Assembly: GCA_016748015.1 (NCBI GenBank)
Contig: JAAOMT010000358.1
Coordinates: 1-22,493 of the forward strand
Direction of reading: 5' to 3'
Length of the DNA: 22,493 bases
Source: Geosiphon pyriformis uo1
Lineage: Eukaryota; Fungi; Glomeromycota
The notes below the pieces were generated by a model. The model worked only from the letters and a program-made list of their open reading frames with translations. It did no database searches and was not told the DNA's origin. Made by a program: the position numbers and the translations under genes. Of the stretch, positions 11,810 to 22,493 are shown in pieces. The stretch's first letter is position 1. Each line of letters opens with the position of its first letter.

Positions 11810-12030
11810 TAATAAAGTTAATACGAAAATTTGCTAAATTTTAAAATGTTAAATTTAATAAAATTGAGTTAACAACTTATGCAATTAAAATTCCAAAAAA
11901 TTTAGTTTTATTTTAAAAATAAATATTAAAAGATATTACAAAATATGAGAATAACTTTAATATATGATATTAGGTTAACAAATTTAGTATTAAAATTTTT
12001 AAAACTAAACAGAAAATTTGAATATACTAA
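11810..12030 (+). mobile_element. Fossil dUTPase-like domain of an LTR retroelement
   Basis: AAT ACG AAA (A)TTT at 11820 reverts to D-A-G-F (motif 1); GCA ATT AAA ATT CCA (AIKIP, cf. ALEIP) at 11881; AGA AAA TTT GAA TAT ACT at 12011-12028 reverts to R-G-F-G-S-T (motif 5). Order is right but the spacing is shortened by deletions. Confidence 0.4.
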
Positions 12031-12929
12031 AAAAAATTGGCTTCATAATTAAAAGTTAAATAATCTAAATTTTAATATTTATAAATATGTTTATATTTAT
12101 TAAACATAATTGTTTTTTAAAATACCAATTTTAAACATAATAGCATTAAACTTATAAGTATTTTTAACAACAATTAAATTCAAAAAATCAAAAAACAAAA
12201 CAAAGTTTAAACCAATATATTATTAGTTTTAAAAATAGTACAGCCAAAAAAATTAAACAAATTAAGTTTAAAAATATTATAAAAAATAATTATTTTCTTT
12301 TAATTCAAAAAATATTCTAATATTATCTTTTTTTATTAGAGCTAATTAATAAGCAAAAGCAGTTTTAAAAATTGAAATAAATAATAGTATATTATTACAA
12401 ATTAGCAAATATTAAACTTAATACCAAAAACTTTATTTAAATTTTTAATATTATTAGTAAAAATATCTAAAGAAATATTATAAAGTATTATAATAACAAA
12501 AACTAAAACAAAAACTACAAAAAATTTAACAAATTAAAAATAATAAGAAAAAAATTAACAAGTTTAATTTTAACAATAGTATTTAAAAAACTTGTAATAT
12601 AAACTTAATATAAAAAATTTTATTATTATGTATAATAATTAATTCTATATTATTAAAAACTAAAACACAATTTTAATATAAGTTATTTTGATTTTAATAA
12701 TAAAATTACATATTAAAGTAAAAACTAATTATTTAATAATTAATAATATTTTTTAAATATTATTAAAAATAAAAAAAATGCTTTAAAAAATATTGAAAAA
12801 AATACTGTTTTTTGATATCTTGAGAAATTTAACTTTACTTTTATTAAAAAAAAGTTGTTTTTTTGGGTTTTGGTTTTTTTACTATTTAAAAACAAAAAAA
12901 TAAATAATAGTTTTGTTATTAGCTTGTAA

Positions 12930-13210
12930 TTAAAAATCTTAAAGCTTTTGGCAGTAATAATAGCAAAATTATAACTGTTTCTAATGTGTTGTTTTATATT
13001 TGTATTATTTACTAAAAGCATTTTAACAAAAAATTGTTTGATTTTTATTGTTAAAAAAACTTTTTAATAGTTGTATTATTAAAAGCTATAAAAAATAAAT
13101 ATTGTTTTTTATTTTTTGGTTTAATTATAATTATAAAAAAAAGTTAATTAGCATTAATAAATTGTTTAGATTATAAAATTTCAATAATGAAAATAATTAG
13201 CATAAATATT
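12930..13210 (+). mobile_element. Possible fossil RNase H fragment (LINE-type)
   Basis: KLLAVIIAKL*LFLMCCFIFVLFTKS resembles the RNase H ELxAIxxAL...LFTDS segment after G>A erosion. Confidence 0.3.
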
Positions 13211-13559
13211 ATTTTAATAAAGTTTTCTTTTTAAATTTATTTATTTAAAATTTATGTAATAATTATGTCTAAATTCTTACATTAATTATTTAATTCAATT
13301 ATAAATAATTTTTCGATTTTTTTATAAAGTATTATTTAATGTTTTTAATATATTTAACATATATAGTTTTTTTTAACATTAATTTTTTACTGGTTAATAA
13401 TAATTTAAAAATATTTCAAATGCAATTGTAAATTAATTTTAGCTAATATTTTTAGTAATAAAAAAAGAAATTATTTTTCACAAATTTTTTGGTTTAATTC
13501 TTAATTAAGTGGTAAAATATTTTTGTTGAAAATTTGGTAAATCTTTTTAAAAAGTGAAT

Positions 13560-14700
13560 TTGCTTTGGTTTTTTAAATAAAAAATAATATGTAAATAATA
13601 TAGCATTTTAAAAATGATTGGTTATTATAAAAGATAATATATTTTTAACAAAATTGTATTTTTTACTTGTTTAATTGTTTAATTTTTTGAAATTTGGATA
13701 AATAATAATAGTTGACAATTTTGTAAATATTTTTGTTTTATTTTTCCATTAATAAAATGCAATTTTTAATGTAGAAAAAGCGTATTTGAATTTTATTATT
13801 TGTTTTTTATTAATAAATATTGTTGTTGGTTTATAAGTTAAACAAAATATTAATTTTTAATTTTTAATTGTTTTTTTTTAATTAAATTGTTCTTTGTAAT
13901 GTGCTTTAAAGTAATAATAATATAGTTTATATAATTTTTTTAAGTATAAAAAAGTTATAATAATTAATAATTGTAATAATTTATTATAATTAGACATTTT
14001 GAAACTTTTTAACTAATTCAGATTTAAATTATTTAAAGTTTTTATTCAATTTATATGTTTTTACTATTAAGCTTTTTTTAAAATAGCTGATATTCTATTT
14101 AAATTTATATATTGTAATTAAATTAATGTTGGCTTTAAAAAACTGATTAATTTTTACAAGAGCTTAGTGTTGAAGATTATTCATAATAAAAACATTAATT
14201 AAAGTAGCAATTTTATTATTTTTAAATAAAATTTTTAATATTATTTATTATAATAATGATAGTTTGAGCTGCTTTTTTAATATTGTCTAAATTGTAATAT
14301 TAATTAAATTATTACTTAAAATAAATCTAATTCATTTTATTTCTATTATAAATTAATATGCATTACTGTAATTGCTTTTTGTTTGAACATAGTCATATTC
14401 GTAGTTGAGGCTTTTGAGGTGAGTTTTGGGACGCGCAGGCATTGTTTGTTTTACTCAGGTCTTGGCGGAGACGTCACTGTTAGGATAGACTCGTAGTGTT
14501 GCCTTGACCGGCCCGAGTGGCTGGTCACGCGTAGAAAGTGCGTGAGTCGCACCTAGTTTGGAACACCTAGTTGTTGTATTATACTAGGCAGCGATTGGGC
14601 CTCACTCGTTAGATGAAAAAAAAAAAATCATATTGCTAGTAAAATGATAATTTGTTTTTTTTCAATTCAAAATATTAAAAAAATGTGAATTTTGTACTAC
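13560..14700 (-). mobile_element. Fossil Ty3/Gypsy-like gag end, aspartic protease and downstream region, interrupted by the 14393-14640 insert
   Basis: Minus strand reads FELKKNKLSF..SN / QKAITVMH, KAAQTIIIIINNIK, VFIMNNLQH*ALVKINQFFKANINL. This matches retropepsin-type segments (..AQTVIVTADG.., VLVMDAPQYQALVGNDWL..ANANL) that I recall from Glomeromycotina retroelements; recalled, not searched. Confidence 0.6.
14393..14640 (+). mobile_element. Short non-LTR retroposed insert (SINE-like or 5'-truncated LINE 3' end) with A12 tail and target-site duplication
   Basis: Flanking direct repeats TCATATTcgTAGT (14393-14405) and TCATATTgcTAGT (14628-14640); A12 at 14616-14627; body ~51% GC with ~14 CpG; excision restores the host reading frame. 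Confidence 0.75.
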
Positions 14701-14743
14701 ATTTGCTAATAGGGTTGTGGTTTTAATTACATGTTTAATTGTT

Positions 14744-14962
14744 TAAAAATAAAAATAAAAATAAAATAAAATAAAAATATACAGTTTCGAAAATTTCTTT
14801 AAGCTTAAAATATTTGCAAATTAATTAATTAACTTCAAAGTTATTAATTTGTACTATAATAAATACATTTCAAAATAATTTTAGTTTTGTTGATTATAAT
14901 TTGAACATATATTTATTTAGTACTAAAACTTTTTAAATACAATATATATATATATATATATA
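14744..14962. repeat. Simple repeats: (TAAAA[A])n at ~14744-14777 and (AT)n at ~14942-14962
   Basis: Directly visible in the sequence. Confidence 0.8.
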
Positions 14963-15269
14963 AGTAATATTTTAAGTTTTAACATTATTATTTCTGCAAA
15001 ATACTCAAGATTTTAGCAAATTCTTTTAAATTATTTTAATTATATTTGAATTGTACAAATTAAGTTATTACTGGAAAAATATAAATGATTTAAATAACTA
15101 ATAATTAAATAATTAATGCTCAATATTAAAAAAAATATTAAAATAAAAACACTTTTTTTTGTCGATTTTCATACTATTAAGAGCCATGAAACCAAAAAAT
15201 ATTTGTTACTTATTATTTTTCTTTACTTAATTATTTTTACAATTATATTCTTAATAGCTGATAAGCATT

Positions 15270-16060
15270 TTTATCAAAGATATGTTAAAAAAAATATTAT
15301 AGTGTTTGTATTTAAAAAGTTTAATACAAATATTAAAAGCTTTAACAATAATATTAGCTTTTTTCTAAAAAAGCTTTTGGTGTTTAGTAATAAATATAAC
15401 ATTGTAAGTAAGAATAAAGCAATTAAAATTAATACTAAAAATATAAATAAAAGTTGCAATAATAAAATTAGCATTATCATAAAAAACAATATTAACTTAT
15501 TAACATTTCAAAAAACAAATATTCAATATAACTTTACCCAAAAATGTATTAATAATATTATTTAAAAGTCAGATTTTGAAAATAAAAATAAAGATATATG
15601 TTTAAACCAATTTTATTATCTTTGCAATTTGTTTTTTTGTTTAATTTAGCTTAGCCAAAGCCAAACAATTGGCTAAAAAAGATAGTATAATTTTAAATAC
15701 CAATTTTAAATTTGTAAATTTTTAATTAATATTTTTAAAAAGATTGTACAATCAACATTTTTTAAATTTGATAGAATTTTGTTAATTAAATTATAATTAA
15801 TTTAACTTTAATAAAAAACTGTAATCAAATTTAGTTGCCTTTAAGTAGTCTATTTTAATTATAAAGAATGCTATTTATGTTGTAAGAGCTAATATAAACA
15901 AAACATTATAAATAAAAAATGTATTATGCTTTATTATATATATTGCTAATAAGCACTAATGCTTATAATTGTAAAATCTTTTAGGCTTTGTAAGTAAAAA
16001 AAAACTTGTGTTATTAACAGAAATCCTTTTATATATATAAAATATTAATATTATTACCAA
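15270..16060 (+). mobile_element. Fossil LINE ORF1 (RRM-type) region
   Basis: LVAFK*SILIIKNAIYVVRANINKTL* (~15830-15910) and KKTCVINRNPFIY (~16000-16035) match recalled fungal LINE ORF1 segments (LVAARWSILIGKDAVRVARA; GGKTCVIDRHPVTY) with W>stop, G>K and D>N changes. The 15116-15565 ORF is its eroded 5' part. Confidence 0.55.
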
Positions 16061-16170
16061 AGAAATTTTCAATGTATTTTTATAAATTTTTTATTTTTAT
16101 TCTTTGTTGCTATTATTTTTGTCTTGAATTTCAATTTTAATAAAAGCTGTTGAATTTTCAATAAATTTTA

Positions 16171-16246
16171 GTAGTTACTTTGCAGTAAAGTTAACTTTTC
16201 TATATAAAATTTTGACTGTAACTTTTTTAATAATGTGTAGTTACTT
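16171..16246 (-). repeat. Inverted copy of the same ~66-nt repeat unit
   Basis: Reverse complement AAGTAACTACACATTATTAAAAAAGTTACAGTCAAAATTTTATATAGAAAAGTTAACTTTACTGCAAAGTAACTAC aligns to 19281-19413. Confidence 0.8.
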
Positions 16247-17109
16247 AGAAATAAAAATCAATTCTTTTACAAAAAAATTAATATAAAATATGTTTTTCCA
16301 ATATGAATTTCCAATTAATTTTACAAGTTGTTATTTTTTTAATTATTAAATCTTAGTTTAAATTGGAGTTTTAATATTTAATATTTTAAAATTAATCTTT
16401 GGAAGATTAATTTTAATTGTCTATTAGTTTCAGATTTTTGGGTTATGAAAATTTAAAAACCATAATAATATCTTTACTATTAATTATTTCATTAGAATAA
16501 TTTGGAAATTAAAAAATTAGTTAATTAATTTAAGATTGAAAAAGATATTTTAAGATTGAGATAAAAGAAGAGAAAAGCTTTTTTTTTATACAAAATTTAT
16601 GTAATATTAATAAAATTCTAAAATTATTAATTTCGTAGCAATTTTTCTGAATTTCAATGAACCATTGATTATTCCAATAAACTTCTAATCAATTCAACCT
16701 CAACTAATTAAACTTTATTTGAACTACTTGAAATCTATCTTTAATGCATAAAATTTCAGTTTTAACTGCATAAAATTCATTAATTTTAGTCGAAATCGCT
16801 TGAATTCATTTGTATTAAAAGTCCACAGTTTTGAATATGATCTACATAATTTCTGTAATTTCGTTTAATATTATTTAACTAATAATAATTACTAATTTAA
16901 AAATAAATAATTAAACAACTAAATTAAAAATTAAAGGCCATAAAAAATATTTCAATTTCTTTATAATTTATTATTTAATATTACTAATTAATGTTTATTT
17001 TATTTATTTATCCAATTATTTATTACTCTGTTATTTAATTATTTAATTTTCTATTTTTTTTACTAATAACAATATGTTACTATTAGCTTTAAGTTAAAAA
17101 AACTTTAAA

Positions 17110-17600
17110 TTAAGCACTTGTCTTAAAAATAAAAATATGACTTTAACATAAGCCAGACTTAATCTGTTTAAGTATACAAAATATGATTATTTTAATTATA
17201 TTGCTTTAAAATACAACTTTGCTAAAAAAAGCCATTTTAGTTCAAGAATTTTTGTTTAATAATAACAAATTATGTTTTGCATAAATTTATGCCAAAAAAG
17301 TTTTTTTTGTTAATTATTTTGTTGTTTTTAGTAAAAAAATTTAAGTGCAAATAGTGGGTAAAATTTTTTAAAAAAAATATTATTAATTTTAATTTGCTAT
17401 TTTTTATAATAATTTTTAATTCAGTTTTAATTTTTAATGTATATATAAAAATAATATTAAATTTTTTTATTAACAAAACACTTATTAATATTGAATATAA
17501 TTTAAAGTTAATTAGTTTAAAACAGAAACTTAATGGTTTTTCAAATTTTGTTTTAAATTTAACAATACAATAGTGTTATTTAAGTAAAAAAAAAACAGCA
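17110..17600 (+). mobile_element. Fossil LINE reverse transcriptase fragment
   Basis: TAC AAC TTT GCT (xNFA segment, ~17212) and TTT AAC AAT ACA ATA (~17558-17572) reverting to F-(x)-D-D-T-I, the RT catalytic motif; heavily deleted. Confidence 0.35.
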
Positions 17601-17839
17601 AAAAAACATTAATAATTAATTAAATAAATATTAACATAAAAAATACATAATAGTTAATAATGATAAACAATAAAATAACAATAATTAATAATAATAAATT
17701 ATTTAATAATTTAAAAAATATGTATAAATACAAATAATATTAGCCAAAAAAAGTATTTAATAAAAAAGTATTTTTTATTAAGCACATAAATTCAAAAAAT
17801 ATTATTATAATAATTTAATATATTTAATTTTTTTTATTT

Positions 17840-18700
17840 ATTAATAAATTCCAAAATATAAACCAATTAATATTTTAAATAAATAGCTTTTAATTATAAT
17901 TATTAATAAAATATTAATTTTTATTTATGTTTTATCTTAAATTAATTTTTGAAAAAAAATAATATTATATACAATATTATTAATAATTTAATAAAATTAA
18001 ACATATTAATAATTTATAATTATTAAAAACAATAAATTATTAAATTTCTGTTTTTTATACAAAAAGCTCAATTGTAAAACTTTAAATTATTAAACCTTTT
18101 GGATAAATCAAGTTATAAAAAACATTAAATTATTAAAATAATAATAATAATAATAATTCTTGGATATTAAATTAAACTTATTAATATTTATTTTTTTATA
18201 AGTAATTTAGTTTAAAAATTCTACAAAACAAAAAAATATTGTTAAATAACATAAAAAACAGTAAATTTTATTTTAATTATTATAAAAATTATGTTAAAAA
18301 ATAATTTGTGTTCTTAAATAAAGAACAGTTTTTAAAATATAAAAGTTTTTATTTTAAACAAATATAAAAAACTTTTTGGAATTTAAAGTAATAATAATAT
18401 TTAATAATATTTAAAATTTTTTTAAAGTAATATATTTTGTTAATAAAAAACTTTTGAATATTATCATAAATAAAAGTATTTATAAAAGTAAAGTTTTTTT
18501 AACACTAATTATTAGGCTGTTTTTATTAATATAAATTTGAAAATTAAAAAAAATTATTAAAAATTTAAAATTAATTAATTGGTTTTAATAATAAAACTCA
18601 ATAATTTATTTGAATATAGCCAATTTTTTAAGCAATTAAAATAATATATAAAGATTGTTAAAAAATATTTTAATTAAAATACCAAAATTTTTTTAAATAA
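17840..18700 (+). mobile_element. Fossil Ty3/Gypsy RNase H-integrase region
   Basis: AAT-GCT TTT AAT TAT AAT-ATT AAT AAA ATA TTA (~17882-17916) reverts to DASNYGIGGIL; EKxxY at ~17951; NIVK*..K..* (cf. DIxxYIKTCxxC) at ~18235; CTC AAT AAT TTA TTT GAA (cf. TNGLVE) at ~18597. RH-then-INT order is Gypsy-type. Confidence 0.5.
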
Positions 18701-19280
18701 AGTTAATTTTGTAATTTTAATGTTTTAATAATATTACCAATAAAGATTTGAATTATTAATTAGCATAAAATTACTCTTATAATTTCTATTATTAATTAGT
18801 ATATTATCATTCAAATTTTTACTTATTATTTTATCAAATTATCAAATATTACTATCTAATTAATAAATTAATTTGTACAATACACAAATATAACTAATTA
18901 CAATAATTAGATTATGTAATATCTTGAACTATCTAGTATTCAAAAATTTACTAAAATATTTAATAGTTTATAGAAATAACTTGTAGTTCGTCAAAATATA
19001 TCTTTAGTTTGTCAAAAAATTAGCAAAAAAAAAGTACAAGATAATAAAATAGTATTATAACAAGTTGTATAAAAAAAAAGCTTTTTTTTTTGAGAATATA
19101 TCTTATTTAGAATCTTAATTCAGATTAATTAATTAGCTACTACAAATTAATTCAATAAATTTATTTTGAAAACCAATTTTTTTTCAGAAATATTACTGTT
19201 TAAAATTCACAATTTTGATTAATTTCAAGTCTAAACCAAAAACATTTATTTTATTTTATTGTATTTTATTTTTTTCTTAT

Positions 19281-19413
19281 ATTATTAAGTAGTTTACAGT
19301 CGAGATTTTTGTAAAAAAGTTAATTTTCACAGCAAAGTAATTATATATTATTGAAAAGCTTACAAACAAAAATTTTTGTAAAAAAGTTAATTTTTACTAT
19401 AAAATAACTACAT
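19281..19413 (+). repeat. Tandem duplication of a ~66-67-nt unit (2 copies)
   Basis: 19281-19346 and 19347-19413 share ATTATT..AG.TTACA...ATTTTTGTAAAAAAGTTAATTTT.AC...AAA.TAA.TA.AT. Confidence 0.85.
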
Positions 19414-19499
19414 AAATAATTGGGATAAAATTGGTCATTTCATTATAAATTCAATAACAAAAATAATTCAAAGTATAAAAAGATACTTTGAAAATAAAT

Positions 19500-21150
19500 T
19501 GGCTTATTAAAAATTTATTAGCTTTTAGCAAAAATAGAATTTATAGCAAAATAGTATAAAAAATAACTAAAACTTCTAGTAACAATGACTAAAATTTTTT
19601 TAAAGTTTTTTAATTTAAAATGTTTGGTGTTTAAAATAAAATTTGTAATAAAAATTGTTAAAAATATAATTAAATAAATTTTTTTAATTATATAATATTA
19701 ATAAATAATAAAATTTAGCCAATTTTAAAAAATGGTTTGAATTATCTAATTAATAAACATAAAAATATTATTATTATTGTATTTAATAAATAAAACTATA
19801 AAAAATCAAACAAAAAAAAATTCAAAATATTGTTTTGTTAATTTAAAAAACAATTAATAACACATTTATTAAAATAATATATGAAATAGCTTTTAATAAA
19901 TTGTAAAAGACAATAAAAAATTTGTTAGAAAGTAAAGTTTTAAATTTGTTTAAAATTCAAATAAATTTTAAAACATTATTATATAAATAATATTTTATTA
20001 TTAATAATAAATAATTATTTTTGTTATTAAATTAAGTAAGTCTTATTATTATTTTAACATATTTTTTTATTTATAGTTAAATAAATTTAGTTTGAAAAAA
20101 GTTTATAATAATATTAAGTTTTTTTTATTTAATAATAAAAATTTATTTTAAAAAACCAATTTTATTACTTGGTTTTATAATATTGTATCTAATTATTAGT
20201 TATTATATACAATAGGTTTTATGTTAAGATCTGTTTTTTTAATATTAAAAGTATTTTAAGTAAACTTTCTAAGTAAAAAATATTAAATTTACAAATTATA
20301 AAATAAAAACTATATTATTTGCTGATGTTTTTATTTATAAAATATAGAATTTTATTAATTAATACTAATGTTAATATGTTTTATTTTTTAAATAATATTA
20401 TTACAAATTAAAATAATATGCTTATATATAATAAAAAAACAAATATTATATAATAATAAACAATCAAAAAAATTTTAACTTAAAAAAACAAATTAAATTT
20501 GTAAAAATTTAATATATAAATTAGTTTTATAAAATATCTTGTTGCTATTTTTACAAAAAAATTTAAAAATAAAAAATAATTATATTATTAACAAAATAAT
20601 ACAATTATTATAATTATATATTTTATGTTAATATTTTTATAATTTAATAACAGATATTATTAATACTTTTTAGTAAATGTTTATTTAATATGCTTTATAA
20701 AAGCTAAAAATATACAAATTAAAAAAAAATAGTAAAAAAACAAAAAAGTCAATATTATTAAATTAATCTTTGTTTAAATAAATTAATTTAAATAAAAATA
20801 CTTTTTTATAGCTTTAAGAAATATTTTCAAAATTAAGTTAGTAATTACATTAAAAATTTGGTTAATAATTAAATTAAAAATTATATTAATAACTTATTCT
20901 AAATAATATATATAACTAATATATAAATGAATATAATTATTTTTGTATTAAATATATTAAATAATTATTGTTATGTTTTTTTTGTTGTTTTAATTAAAAA
21001 ATCTAATATTATTTTTGTTAATTAATTTTTTAAAAAAATAATAAGATTTATAAATTAAAAAAGTTTAGTTATTATAAAAAATTGTGTTTTAAAAAATTGG
21101 ATTTGACTTGGTTTTTGTTATTAATATACTTTTTCAAAGAAAAAATATTT
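19500..21150 (+). mobile_element. Fossil LINE ORF2 fragments (post-RT and C-terminal regions)
   Basis: YLVL..ILYLIISYYIQ at ~20166-20212 resembles recalled YLVLAVLHPIVSYRTQ. Other matches are weaker and the boundaries are approximate. Confidence 0.35.
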
Positions 21151-22493
21151 TAGTTTTGAGCTTTTTTGGTATTTTTATTTTAAATTTATTAATTATAATA
21201 TTTATAATATTATAAAGTTTTTTGATATTAAATTAAATTTAAATAAATTAGTTCAAATATTTTATTGTTTATTAATAGTTTTTAAGAATATAAATTTAAA
21301 TATAAATATAAATATTTATAATATTGTGTTTTTTATGTTAGTTAAATTCTAAATAATTATTTTAGTTTTAAAATACATATCAACTTTTTAAAATATTATT
21401 ATTGTATTAAACAGCCAAATTGCTTTAAATATATGTAAATTAAACTTTAAAAACAAAAGTTTTAATTTTGTAATAAGTATTAAATAAAATAATTTACAAA
21501 TAAAATAATTTAAACATATTAAAAAATAAAATTGTAAATTTATTAGCTTATAAAATAGTTAATTTAAATTGTTTGTTGTTAATTAGCATTAAAAAAGAAT
21601 ATTTTGTGTTTGTTAATGTAATTTTTTTAGATAATACTTTTTATTTTGTTAAAAGTTTACATAACTCAATTAATTGTGTTAAATATATTAATAAAAATTT
21701 AAATAAAATATAATTAAGTTAAAATTGTTATAATTTATTTAAAAAAATAGGTTATTAGTGTTTTTATTTGAATTTATTAATCAAAAAACTATAATTTTTT
21801 TAACTTAAAACATAAAAACAGTTATATAATTTTAAATATCTTAGTATTTTTGTATTATATGTAAAAAAAATCAAATAAAAAGAAATTTAATTGTTTTTAA
21901 TTGTATTTATTATTTAAAATATGTACAAATATTAATATTTATATAACTATTATTAAAAACTTTGTTTTTAAGATATAAATTAAAAAATTTATGTTACTTA
22001 AAATAATTGTTAAAAACTATTTTTAAAAATTATTAATTTGACTAATTTTGTTTTGTTTAATTTTAAAAATTATATGTAAATATTAAACTTTAAATTAAAA
22101 GTTAAATATAAAAAATTGTATAAATTTGTTTTTGGTTTCTGATTTTTACTTTAGAATTATAGAATTTGTTAATATTATTTGTGCAAATTATTGTTTTGTT
22201 TTTTTAATTAGCTTGAGTAACTAATTACATATAAACTGTGTTTAATTTCAAGCTTTTTTCGTTATATTGTTTTAAATAATAATTGAATTACATTTATAAT
22301 TACAAAAAATAAATAATATATGTTAAATTAATAATAAAAACCAAAAAAATTTCATAATAATTTTTAAATTAATAATATTATATTTATTTATTTATAATTA
22401 AATATTGTTTAAAAAGACAAAAACTTTTATTAATACATAATGACAAATTTAAAAAAAAGCTGTAATATACAATAAAATAATTAGAAAACAAAA

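Larger units (their letters stand above)
11551..22493. repeat. Hypermutated AT-rich block of nested transposon relics
   Basis: Abrupt GC drop at ~11550; 53 G+C in 420 nt and no CpG at 12181-12600; no intact ORFs; retroelement motifs recoverable by reverting A>G and T>C. Confidence 0.9.

Noticed and set aside
11434-14603. 7-bp complementarity between the two GC islands (GAGGCCC / GGGCCTC), suggesting a split RNA
   Set aside because: Too short to exceed chance in GC-rich sequence, and the second island is better explained as an independent retroposed insertion.
14400-14615. Second island as tRNA, 5S rRNA, minor snRNA or telomerase RNA
   Set aside because: No cloverleaf or GTTCRA T-loop, no 5S or U11/U12/U4atac/U6atac signature, and no CCCTAA-type template.
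12740-17476. I/K/N/F/L-rich ORFs (12740, 15116, 15274, 17270) as membrane or mitochondrial proteins
   Set aside because: Composition artefacts of eroded AT-rich DNA. No mitochondrial gene, rRNA or tRNA motifs are seen, so a NUMT is also unsupported.
19281-19413. CRISPR-like array
   Set aside because: Only two adjacent degenerate units without unique spacers, in a eukaryotic context with no cas genes.

Overview
Eukaryotic, intron-rich fungal DNA, inferred to be from an early-diverging lineage such as Mucoromycota/Glomeromycotina, with two sharply separated compartments. Left (1-~11.3 kb, roughly one third GC): a head-to-head gene pair, RICTOR/Avo3/Ste20-like TORC2 subunit on the minus strand (ATG 4705, running off the left edge) and a ~25-exon WDR7/WDR72 (Rabconnectin-3 beta)-like WD40 gene on the plus strand (5033-11119). 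The WD40 gene carries a clear U12-type AT-AC minor intron; the RICTOR gene has a GC-AG intron and the WD40 gene probably has one too. Right (~11.55-22.5 kb): extremely AT-rich (12.6% GC in a hand-counted sample) nested fossils of LTR and LINE retroelements eroded by C>T/G>A hypermutation whose context looks TpC/CpC/CpG-biased rather than CpA-biased as in classical RIP. Two ~220-nt GC-rich, structure-prone islands escape this erosion: one exactly at the compartment boundary (11331-11550) and one poly(A)-tailed, TSD-flanked retroposed insert inside a fossil gag-protease junction (14393-14640). All family assignments come from motif recognition by eye; no searches were run.
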